A DNA stretch of 64,000 bases, taken from the NCBI GenBank assembly GCA_043228905.1, contig JBHGNT010000152.1, positions 1-64,000 of the forward strand, written 5' to 3'. Shown here piece by piece: positions 53,552-64,000 of this stretch (the stretch's first letter is position 1; each line of letters starts with the position of its first letter). Both the position numbers and the translations under genes were made by a program. Source of the DNA: Azolla caroliniana. Its lineage: Eukaryota; Plantae; Polypodiophyta. The notes below the pieces were generated by a model. The model searched no databases, was not told the DNA's origin, and was given only the letters and a program-made list of their open reading frames with translations.

Positions 53552-55575
53552 TGCAGAATTGCGTCTTACGGTCACGCGAAATTGACTAGAGAAACAGTCT
53601 GAATTACTCCTGTGCGGTTCCTCCGGGATGAACCGGCGGGCGCGTGAAAAGTGGCGATTTGATTGATTCCCGCCCGAACCAACCGCGATACAATCATGGC
53701 CATAGACAACGCCAAGCAGTTGCAGCTCCTCAACGGTTGAAAGGATACGAAGCGATCAGCTAGCGTTCGTACTTCGAGAATACAAAGCAAAGCCTCGATT
53801 ACCACAGCTGCAATAAGCGAAGAGAATACGATACGATCAGCACGAAGCGGGGATTCCCAATCTCAGTGAACATCGGTACCAACTATGCCTACAGCGGCAG
53901 CGTAGCAAACCTTTGGGTTCGGGACTGGTTGCAGCAAGTACCATAGGGACTGATTGCAGCAGGTACCGGACTAGTGCTTCGGGACCGATCTAGGACCACA
54001 GGGATTGGATTCCGTAGGGATAGCTTCATATCCTCCTTGCCGTATAGATATCACCTAGCGAACTCCAGGGACTGATCGAACCCACCGGTACCTACGGGTT
54101 ATCATTCTCGAAGTTGTTTTCTCTGCAAGAATAGGCCGCAGCCTATGCTATCTGTACGGCTACTTCTCTGCCGGCCTTTGATCAGAAGCAAGTGAAAGAG
54201 ACCGGCCATTCTATAACCGAAATTCTTTTCTGCTGCACTGGTTCATCGGGCCGCCTCGACTAACGGCAGCATGAAGGCCGTTTATCCGCCAAAAAAGTGG
54301 TGCCGTGGCGAAGTCAATAAAACAGCGCAATGAGTGAGATTGCCCGTTATCCGCCTCACAGACAGCGGAAAGGCCTTCACCTGCGCTAATAAAACTTAGC
54401 AGCAAGCAAGTTCTTCCGCATCCGCAAGAAGGGGGCAAGCAAGCAAGCAAGCAAGCAAGCAATTTGCGCAGCTAGGTTGGGCGGTTCTCTGTCTGCGTAG
54501 AGGGCATAATCCGTGTTTGGCTATCGACTCAAATTACAAGTGGTGACGGCTAAACTGTACAGTCATGCCGTAAATCACTATCCTTCACCGTTTCCCTGGC
54601 TGGAACGAAAGTTTATAGAAAGAAAGCCAAAATTAATTAATATTGGAGTAGCCATGGTTGATTGCAATGAGAGTGATTATACGCGACCTGGAGTTGAGTT
54701 CGAACATGTATGCAATAAGGTGCTAAAGTACTTGGTTGGCTTGAAGATAAGTATATCGTAGAACTTGTTAACAATCCATTGGGCTACTTTAGAGAAAGTG
54801 AATTTATTTAGGAGGAGGCGAAGGACGCACGAAAGGAGGTAGACTTTTGGTGTTACTTTAGGGAAAGCCCATCAGTTCGGTTCCTAATAAACATTCACTC
54901 GTTACGGGATTCCGGGCGTCAAGGTGTGGATTTTACTTCATTAAAAGGAAACCGACCATTCTTTCTCATGAGAACCCATATATCATCCAGGGCGAAAGTC
55001 TTATGTAGTGTCTTGCTAAAATACCTTGGCGTTGTGAAGGATTTTTTTCTTTACAATCACTAGTTTAATAGGAAATAACTTTATTCTTTTTCTTTTCTAA
55101 GCTGTTTTTGTTACGAACCAATCTGTTGCTTACTGCCTGCGCGGATACGGGCCTTCGAGCAAGCAGTGAACGCAGCACCAGTCAATTCCTCGCCGCCGGC
55201 TTCACCCGGATGAACCGCTTTCAGGCACGACTTACGGGCAGAGAGTTTCTACACCATCCTCTAGGGCCCATATCCGCTCGCGAGGACCGACCTGGAAAAT
55301 CAGTACAAGTTCTTCAAAGATATTTTAGCAAGGGACAAACTAAATCCTCAGGTCGGGTGGGATGGCACTACTGGCAAATACTGTCTGGCAAAGACGCAGG
55401 CGCGAAGCGTGGTAGGCCCGCTAGCGTTTTTTTTGCTTGCCGAAAGCATACAAGAAAAGCCGGGTATATACGGGAACCGACTCCTTGTTGTTTTTGCAAC
55501 CATAGGAACTGCCATGAATGCAGGAGACTGCCCTAGGTATAAAGCACCGAGGAAAAGAAACAGATTGGATAAGAC

Positions 55576-56252
55576 ATGCCCATAGTCATAAACAGCTTAG
55601 AAAGATTATAGACCGAATTGCACGAGGACATCGCAACTCTTTAAAATAACAACGAAGAGTTGTTCCCGCAGGTGCTCCTCAATCTGTCGTAGAATACACT
55701 ACCCGATCTTTCGGGTGGCCTAGAAATCCTGAAAGATCTAGAAGTCTCTTCGGTTGTGGAACTGATTATTGGATTTTAGGATTTCTTCATTCCGATTGTA
55801 TTTGCAATAGGATTCATCTCCCTTACATTGATTATAGTAGCCAAGACTCTTTCATGTACAAACCGTTTCGTGTAAAGATGGCTATTTTCTACGAACTACA
55901 AAGATATAGGTACTCTACACTCAATCTTTGGTGTCACGGCTGGAGTAATGGGCACACGCCTCTTAGTACTAATCTGTATGGAATCAGCATAACCCGGCCA
56001 TTAAATTCCTGGTGGAAATCATTAACCTTATAATGTGTTAATAATCGCTTACGCTTCTTTAACGACATCCCTTCCGGTTACGCTGGCGATGACAGGTGGA
56101 TTCGGTAACCGGTTCGTTCTGATTCTTACAGGTGCACCTGACACGGCATTTCTATGATTAAATAATATTCTATTTCGGTTGTCGTCATCTTTGCTGTTGC
56201 TTTCATCAAGTTTAGCCTCAGTAGAGGTGGGTAGTGGCACTGGGTGGACGGT
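55576..56252 (+). CDS. cox1: Cytochrome c oxidase subunit 1, exon 1 (conserved part starts at 55858; putative 94-codon extension upstream)
   Basis: F.(Q)RWLFSTN(H)KDIGTL..GGFGN(W)[13 protein letters not shown]; the canonical start position is ACA and the nearest in-frame ATG is 55576. Confidence 0.85.
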
Positions 56253-57333
56253 TAAAAAGGCCGTGCCCTGTGGAGACATAGGGAACAGTAATTCCGCTCG
56301 ATGCAGGAACGTCCTCGCTACAGAAAAAAAGGCTAAGCCGGGCCGCAGGCCTTCAACAAAATCCAAACTGCTATATGCAAAAACCTTTCCCACAAGGGGA
56401 CAACCTGCCTGGGAGGGCGAATCTTCCCTCCCATCAGAGACTCAATGCGGAATATCTATCACTCTGCGGATAGCTTGTGGGTGTGAGCTGCTTCAGCAGG
56501 CAGCATCGTGCTCTAAGACGCGAGTACAACCTGAGTCTCCCTATTGCTTGCCCAAGGCAAATACAATCTACAGATCCTTTACTACGTCAGGAAGATGCTT
56601 AATGTAAGGTCTGTCAATGCGGCGCATAAGATCATGGGAGTGTATCAGATCGAAAGATGCTAGCTTTTTCTTATATTTGGTCAATATCCATACTTGATTA
56701 GTAAGCATTTCTATTGCGAGGGAGTTCGTAAAGCCAGCCCATCAGGTATTAAAAGATCCAAAGCAGCAGCTCTCAATAGGGCACAAGTGCTACATCCGTA
56801 AAGATTCAAGGGGTGCTACTCTTCTAGAGACTTGTGTCAATCTCGGAGGTATGGCCGCTGACCTTGATCGGCTTACCGGCTTTATAGAGGCAGAGAGACC
56901 TCATACAGGAAGGGCAGAAAACAAGGCGCTTCCCGAACCGAAGAAGAAGAAGCGGTTGGCCGAATTGGCCTTTATCAGGGGCTATGGGACGAAGGCCACA
57001 TATTCTTACTCAGCCGCCCGCCCTTCATGCTGAAGCCGCTTCTTTTCTTTTCTTTCTTGCGCGCCCTTATTGATTCAAGACTGTCTACAGTGGGACAGTG
57101 CTTGGTACAAGTTAGCTCTTCTAAAGCGATTCGTATAAAATCACTAGAGCTGAAGCTCCGGTCAAGGGCCATCCGCCATAAGAATAATCGGGAAAAGTTC
57201 GAGTAGACCTGAGGGATTCTCTAAAGGAAAGGCTTCATGACAGGATGATAGATAAAGGTACAGTCCGATCCATACAGAGACATATGGCGTATAGCATTAG
57301 GCAAACACAACCTGAGGCTATTTAACATATGTG
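56253..57333 (+). other. Group I intron cox1i395g1 with degenerate LAGLIDADG endonuclease remnant
   Basis: Upstream exon ends in U, intron ends in G; R element TCAGAGACTCAA, S element AAGGTACAGTCC; RLTGFIEAE at about 56870. Confidence 0.85.
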
Positions 57334-58513
57334 CTATCCCCCTCTGAGTAGTATAACCAGTCATTCCGGAGGAGCTGTTGATTTAGCCACTTCTAGTCTC
57401 TACCTATCAGGTGTTTTCTTTATTTTAGGTTTCATTAATTTTATAACCATTATCCTTAACACGCGCGGACCCGGAATGACCATGCATAGATTATCCCTAT
57501 CCGTTCGGTTCGTTTCAGTGACAGCATTCCTACCTTTACCACCTCCTCTCGTACCGGCGGGTGCAATTACCATGTCATCAACCGATTGAAACTCTAATAT
57601 CATCTCTTCTGACCCTGCTGGAGGAGGGGACCCTATCTTATACTAGCATCCTTCTCGGCTCCCCGGTTATCTAGAGGTTCATACTTTTATTCCGTCAGGA
57701 CTTGGTATCATTAGTTATATCGTCTCCACTCTCCCCAGAAAACCTGTCTTCGGTTATTCAGGCACGGTGTATGCCATGATCAGTATTGGAGTTCCTGGAT
57801 TTACTGCTCGGGCTTATTATACGTCTACTGTAGGCTCAGACGTGGATACACGTGCCTACTTCACGGCGGCCATCATGATTATTGTCGTGCTTATTGGAAT
57901 CAAGGTTCCTAGTCGGATTGCCATCATGTGGGGAGGCTCAATATAATACAAAACACTCATGTCATTTGCAGTAGGGTCTACTTTTCCGTTTACTATAGGA
58001 GGACTTACTGGTATAGTCTCGGCTAATTTCGGGATAGACGTTGCTCTATATGATACTTATCACGTGGCTGCATATTCCTATCATGCATTTCTTACGGGAG
58101 CTGTTTCTGCTTTATTCGTAGGGTTCTACTACCGGATAGGTAAAATGCCTGGTCTTTAATACCTAGAGACTTCGGGTTAAATTTATCTTTGGATTACTTT
58201 CCTTGGAGCGAATCTGACTCTCTCTCTCACGCATCTCCCAGGTCCTTCGGGCATGCCATGTTGCATCCCTGATTATCCAGATGCTTACGTCGGACGGAAT
58301 GCCTCAAGTAGTTTCGGCCCTTATGTTCTCGTACCGGGGATCCCTCGTTCTTTTGTAGTAGTTTTCAAAACTTCGAGCAGTGGGAACAAGTGTGCTCTAA
58401 GTCCTCGGGCTGGTGAATAGAATTCAACCACATTCGAATGGATGGTATAAAGCCCTCCAGCTTTTCATACTTTTGGAGAACTTTCAGCTATCAGGGAAAC
58501 CAGTCTTAAGCAA
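57334..58513 (+). CDS. cox1: cox1 exon 2
   Basis: [56 protein letters not shown]; CAA-to-UAA stop tentative. Confidence 0.92.
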
Positions 58514-58864
58514 CCGGAACCACCGAATGGAACATGCCTGATTCCTATTTTTCGCCGCTTGTAACCTTGCCCTTAGCTGTCAGTTCTGGTTACGCAAATC
58601 ACTTTGGCGTTCAGCCGCGTACCATCATCGGGTCCTCCCCAATGATAAGCTTGGTGCTTGACCGGCAGAGAAAAGTGGTCCGCATCCGCAAAAGACGAGC
58701 AGATCCTGCAGCGAAGAGAACTTGAACTTTTACGCATAATGAAGAACAAAGGAAAGATACCAGAATACCGAAACAAACTACTACAAATAGAAGGACAATC
58801 CATTCCGTATTAGCTTTCTCGTTCGCTACTTCGTCTTCAACTGTTCCATAGAATTAGAACAGAA

Positions 58865-58930
58865 ACGACGTCCAACTTGCTGCATGTGTTAGGCATATTG
58901 CTAGCGTTCATTCCGGGCCAAGATCAAGCC
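58865..58930 (-). pseudogene. Short decayed 5' fragment of SSU rRNA
   Basis: TTGATCTTGGCCCGGAATGAACGCTAGCAATATGCCTAACACATGCA resembles the mitochondrial SSU rRNA 5' end. Confidence 0.65.
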
Positions 58931-59809
58931 CAGTTCTTTAGTCAATCCCTGCCATACGAGGGAGGCAGGTTGATGATCTCTTAGTAAGTTATTAGCCAAA
59001 GCTAATAACCGTAAGCGGAACGGCCACTGACAAGGCGGATCATCCTACATTCCGGATACTTTCCCGGCCGGTGCAACGGCCGAAGATGCGGAAGATAAGG
59101 GCCGGGATCCTGATAGGCCAAAGCTGCTTGCTTTTCGGAAATACTTCTTATTGTAGTTACAGTTTTGTCTGGCGGCAAGGGTCAATAGCGAAAGAGCGCT
59201 TGAAGTGCCATGGCTTTCCCTTGGCTGTTGGTGAGAATACTCCCGCCCGTCATTCGCCGCTGTCGGTCGTTGCGACGACTACGGAAAAAGAAAAGTCCAA
59301 TAATTGATCAAAAGGCTACTAATACGAATTGAAATAGCCTCAAAATGATGCCATCGTTTCCGCTAGAGAAATCAACGATATGACCTACAGAAGTTTACCC
59401 CCAATCGACCTGCGGCCTGGATGTCGTAAGATATTGGCTAGCAGTGGTTTGGTTTGCAGCATCATTTATGCATTCATTGTGGCTGAAGAAGCGGTCTACT
59501 ATAAGATCCAGCAGTGAGTTGGGCTAAGCCGTGATCCCCTTTTTGCAAAATAAAATATACCCCCTTTCCCCCCAATAATTGAGATAGTCGTCGTTTTTGC
59601 TTCCAACACTATGGATGGTTAGAATGTATACAGCCTGTAGCTGTTGTACTGCTCGTAGCCCTCGTTACGTTATTTTGTGCCGCTTCATCGTTGAGTCTTC
59701 TTGCCCAACCTTTTCGTTAGTAGTGTTTGCAGTAATGGGTGTAATCTCCCGCCAGGTCTCCGGTTTCACTTCCGCTGCTGTAATGACATGTGCCCATTCT
59801 TCCGCCCGC

Positions 59810-59850
<41 letters not shown>

Positions 59851-60571
59851 AAGGGGAACTCCAAAGAGGCAAAGAATTAGCAATGCCCACAGCCTCGGTA
59901 GCGTAGCAGGATCTTCCAGTGAGTGTTGAATAAGCAAAATATACGAGGCCATTGGACCTCATCAAACTCTTTTGCGACACCTTTTCGTTCGACTAAACAA
60001 ATCAGCGAGACCGTGCTGCTGCTGCGTGGGACCTCAAACAGTTGCCTGATACTTCAGGCGTGTAAATAAGAAAATCCAAATAACAATTGTTACGTTTATA
60101 GCCTATAACTGGCTTGATCCGGCTTTCTTTCTTGGGCGAGGCCCGAAAGAAAAGAAAAGAAAAGAAAAGAAGCCGTTTAAAGTCTGACAGACTGTAAAAG
60201 AGTAAGTATTAGCCATGGTGATTCTATTTTGTTCTTCTTAATATATTAAAAGTTATTACTTCGGAAACGGTAGAGCCTCTAGCAAGCCGGTGGTGCAAGC
60301 GAATAAGGTGAATGGGACCCTACTTTTCTATCGGGAGTATTTCGTTTTATGAAAAAACCTCATAAAGCCCGTATATGCCCGGGTTCATATATCAAAATAA
60401 ACCCTAATCTTGGCTCGGAAAGTCGAAGCGGGAAGTGGCCGAATGAAAAAAGCGTTTGATTTCAGTAAATCCGCTTTCAAAAGAGAGATTCGAATCGTAT
60501 CTCCTCCCTTAATGCCAAAGTATACTTCGTATTCAAGAAGGAAAAACGAAGTGCAATGAGTTTAATGGTGC

Positions 60572-60874
60572 TCGACCTTTCATGCGATTAGGAAATTCCA
60601 CGGCAATGGTCCCGCGAATTCGAGAAGTTACCACCGGAATGGCCAGCCCAATTGCGAATTCCGCAACTGCCACCGTTAACACTAGTAAAGTGAGTGATTA
60701 ACCCATCATATCATCCGAATAGACAGAAAATACCGGAGAGTTCAAATTGACAGCCAATAACATTAACTCAATTAGCGTCGGCATAATAGTAATATTCCTT
60801 CTATTTGAGAGAATTCCCTGAATACCTGAAAGAGAGGAAATCATGGAAAATGTCAAATATTTGACCAGATCCGT
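60572..60874 (-). CDS. nad4L: NADH dehydrogenase subunit 4L
   Basis: [34 protein letters not shown](Q)..[16 protein letters not shown] (edit to UGA); 303 nt. Confidence 0.93.
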
Positions 60875-61094
60875 AAGAAAAAGTCTTTCTTCGTTTCATA
60901 AAAATCGTAGTGAGATTGGTTCTTTATAATCATGGCTGTTTAAAAAGAAGTGAAAAGGGGCAAGTAATCCCATATACCAATATAGCGAAAAGTGACCGAA
61001 GCATGATGCAGGTTCGGTTGAAAGGAAGAACCCGCTAGCCCGCCCTGAACAAGGGCAAAGCATTCCGTAGGTATATAATCTAATGTGCACTTTC

Positions 61095-61168
61095 CGCATC
61101 CTACAGGACTTGAACCTGTGACCTTCAACTTAGAAGGTTGTTGCTCTATCCGACTGAGCTAAGGATGC
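61095..61168 (-). tRNA. trnR-UCU: tRNA-Arg(UCU)
   Basis: GCATCCTTAGCTCAGTCGGATAGAGCAACAACCTTCTAAGTTGAAGGTCACAGGTTCAAGTCCTGTAGGATGCG. Confidence 0.92.
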
Positions 61169-62494
61169 TGTGCATTACAAACACTTCTAGGCTTTTCAGT
61201 TAAGTCAGGTAAAACTTGCTTGCCTTTTCGCCGAAAAAGCAATAGAAAAAAGTTATGAATACAAGAAAGAAGAAACCGCAACCGCAGCCCTGGATGATTC
61301 TTCCTGAAGTAAGTTCTAAAGAATGCCCTAACCAGATTGATTTATCCATTTCACGTAATTCGGTCGGTTACGTGTTTTTCATAGCACCTTTCATGTCGTG
61401 CCACATAAAGATGGATTACCTAAAATCAGTTGAATTCCTAAATCATGAAAACAACTTTCACACGACGGCATCAAACGGGGCAAATCATCCATCTAGGAAG
61501 AACAGGATGTGGTTCCCAAAGAATGCTTTGACACCAGTGTTTCCTTCCTGTACTCCAGTGTTTTCGGAGCATCCTAATGGTTACACAAAATGGTCAAAAC
61601 CTTAAAGACTTTGGGATTATTAGAAACGAATACTTCCCACACGTGTTCTCTAGGAGAGATTAGTCTCCCGCGAGTGCCTAAAGAATAGACAATCGACACT
61701 TTCTTTTTCAACGAAGGGAGTCCTTCACATTCCCATAGCCCTTTCTCTCTAGCTTTCTCTTGCTATACCGTCGCCGTTGCTGTTCTCAACCCTTTCATAA
61801 TGTTACGCGGGCAGGAGAGCACTGAGGTAAAGTAACGGACGAGGGGGCACTATGATGGGTGGAAGGGGCGGGCCGGTGATTTTCAAGAGCGGATACCTAT
61901 CCCTAAACAAGGCACAAACCTTATCGACATACAGGTTCCTACTTGCTTGAAGGCCTATTAGCACAACTTTGTTGAAGATCGCCCAAAGTAGTACCTTCCT
62001 ATAAATGTCAACGTCCAGTGTTCGCTCAACAATGTTATCCCTAGAATCCTCGAAAATTCATTGTCAGAAGCCCGGAAGACCCCTTGTAAGAACAGGAACC
62101 TGCCTTAGGCAAGCTACCACTTCACTTGGCCGGCAAGCTACCTGAATCTGCCGGTTCTTCGTAATGAGGAGAGGCCGGATCTCGATTCGTGCACTTTCCT
62201 ATTGCCAGGTGGCTTCCTGGCCCTACCACTTTTGTTTTCAAAGGTGCTAGTTTTTTGTTTGTTTTGTTTTTTTGGCTGGCGCTTCAGTCATGAAATGAGT
62301 AACGAATAATAATAATATTCCGGCTGCGCGCTGTACTTTTCACTAACGCTTTTCGATGAAGCGGTTCATCGTGGCATGACTCGCCGCTTTCATTAACAGA
62401 ATGGCTTTCTGCTGCTGCATAGGAGCGCGAAAGCAGCACCCATGTTGGCTGGGCTGGGCTGGGCTGGGCTGGGCTGGCGAAGTCTCAACACCCG

Positions 62495-62529
<35 letters not shown>

Positions 62530-62867
62530 CCTCTATGAGCTGCAAGTACCTACCCGCATAATTTCCTTTAAGAGACCCTATTACATGACTAGGTCATTCC
62601 TTAACAGTGTGTGGAAGGTTAGAGAACCATCCACGAGGACCAGCCCGAAAAGAAAAGCTGCCTCCTGAACAAGTCACCTATAGCGTTGACGTGGACAAGC
62701 CCGGGATGCGCCCTCAGAGGCTGACCTGCGGCCGGCGGAAGAAGCGGAAAACCGCTCTTCTTTTCTTTGGCACTCTGGATCCACCTGCTAAACAAGCGGT
62801 GCTCCAGAAACCAGCAAATCGCCTACCAAAGATAGACAGGGAAAGCGTGTTCTGAAAGCAGCAGGCA

Positions 62868-62941
62868 GCACCGATAGCTCAATCGGATAGAGTACCTGGC
62901 TTCGAACCAGGTGGTTAGAGGTTCAAGTCCCCTTCGGTGCA
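62868..62941 (+). tRNA. trnR-UCG: tRNA-Arg(UCG), chlamydial-like
   Basis: GCACCGATAGCTCAATCGGATAGAGTACCTGGCTTCGAACCAGGTGGTTAGAGGTTCAAGTCCCCTTCGGTGCA. Confidence 0.88.
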
Positions 62942-63589
62942 CACAAACCTTCCTTGAATGTTTCATAGAACGGTGTTGTTCTCCGGGAATTCTCGGTCGG
63001 CATGTTGGAGTGTCGGAGCCAAACCTTAATCTCATTTAAGTGGTATGGCGCTGCTAGATGACATTTGGTTCATTATCTTCTTCATACATAGAGGTAGGCA
63101 ATTTCAGGCGCTACAACCCTACCTTAACCGGGCCACTTCACGTTTGGTTATTATTAACGTGAGAAATCGATAGGACCAAGTAAATTAGCGTACCATTGGT
63201 TTGCTGCTTTCTTTGAGGTCCTTTCCAATTCGTTTCTGCAAACTCCTTTCTTTTCACCTAGTGAGAGGAAAGTGCCTTAAGAAGGCATTTCAAGACGAAA
63301 GTAGGTTGGTTGTGAGCAGCTGACTATATGCGCCCCTCGCACACTGTCTTAGCATAAACTGCGGGACGGGATTCATCAAATAAATAGGGGCGGCGGCCCG
63401 GCCCGGCCCGGCCCGGCCCGGCCGGATGAAGCCGGCCAAAAGGCAGGCACAAGCCAAAGAACGACGATATCGGCCTTCATGCTTGCTTGCTTGCTTGCTT
63501 GCTTGCTGCCGTTGTATATCACCGCATGAAGGCCTAGAAATCCACATGAAGCAAGCACGATGAACCGCTTCTTCCGCATGAACCGCCTT

Positions 63590-63621
<32 letters not shown>

Positions 63622-63695
63622 ATGAAGCCGCACGGTTCAACGCCAAGGAATAAAGGCAAAGTAACCGGCCGGCTCGTAAGTAATTATTTAATTTC

Positions 63696-63768
63696 AGGAG
63701 AATAGTTCCAATGGTAGAACAATGGTCTCCAAAACCAAAGGTTAAGGGTTCGAATCCCTTTTCTCCTG
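63696..63768 (+). tRNA. trnW-CCA: tRNA-Trp(CCA), native mitochondrial type
   Basis: AGGAGAATAGTTCCAATGGTAGAACAATGGTCTCCAAAACCAAAGGTTAAGGGTTCGAATCCCTTTTCTCCTG. Confidence 0.92.
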
Positions 63769-64000
63769 ATTACCTGGCTTGGTACGAAGAGGTTGCGGGT
63801 CTCTTTACCTTGTTTTATCACCGGAATAGTCGAGACGACCTAGAATAGGCCTCTCTCCAAGTCCATACATGTCTATTGCCAGGGTTCTTCCTCATCCATA
63901 ATACTCTGCTTTCCAGATCTCGAGGATGTTGGAGTAGAACAGGCGGCATATAATTCAAAAGAACCATCGGTATCAGTACCGATGCCGTACATGGTACTAT

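Noticed and set aside
61190-61810. Possible edited gene (rpl10-like) on the minus strand, or the 116-aa plus-strand ORF
   Set aside because: No convincing conserved motifs by eye; needs a profile search with stops read as Gln/Arg

Overview
Plant mitochondrial DNA, very likely from a leptosporangiate fern. The genes are full of in-frame TAA/TAG/TGA codons at conserved Gln/Arg positions, which requires U-to-C editing. Many start with ACG and stop with CAA/CAG/CGA, which requires C-to-U editing, so the ORF track misses almost all of them. Genes reconstructed by hand: atp6, nad1 (4 exons, introns i258/i394/i728, no matR), rps12-rps7, rpl2-rps19-rps3-rpl16, rps14, rpl6-rps13-rps11, atp1, cox1 (group I intron i395), nad4L and 13 tRNA species, including a plastid-type trnM and a chlamydial-like trnR-UCG. 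An 11.65-kb inverted repeat (5734-17387 / 31568-43221) duplicates nad1, rps12, rps7 and four tRNAs. A 2.8-kb direct repeat leaves an orphan 3' half of atp1. Spacers contain plastid pseudogenes (atpB, accD, rpoC1, atpA), plasmid-type RNA polymerase remnants, many microsatellites and a modular palindromic repeat family. Most notable: (1) a cryptic 94-codon editing-dependent N-terminal extension of cox1 with a decayed paralog elsewhere; (2) one C that would create both the rps12 stop and the rps7 start; (3) an in-frame rpl6-rps13 junction; (4) four consecutive stop codons in the rps11 N-terminus. All editing events are predicted from homology, not observed. Termini that depend on editing are tentative.
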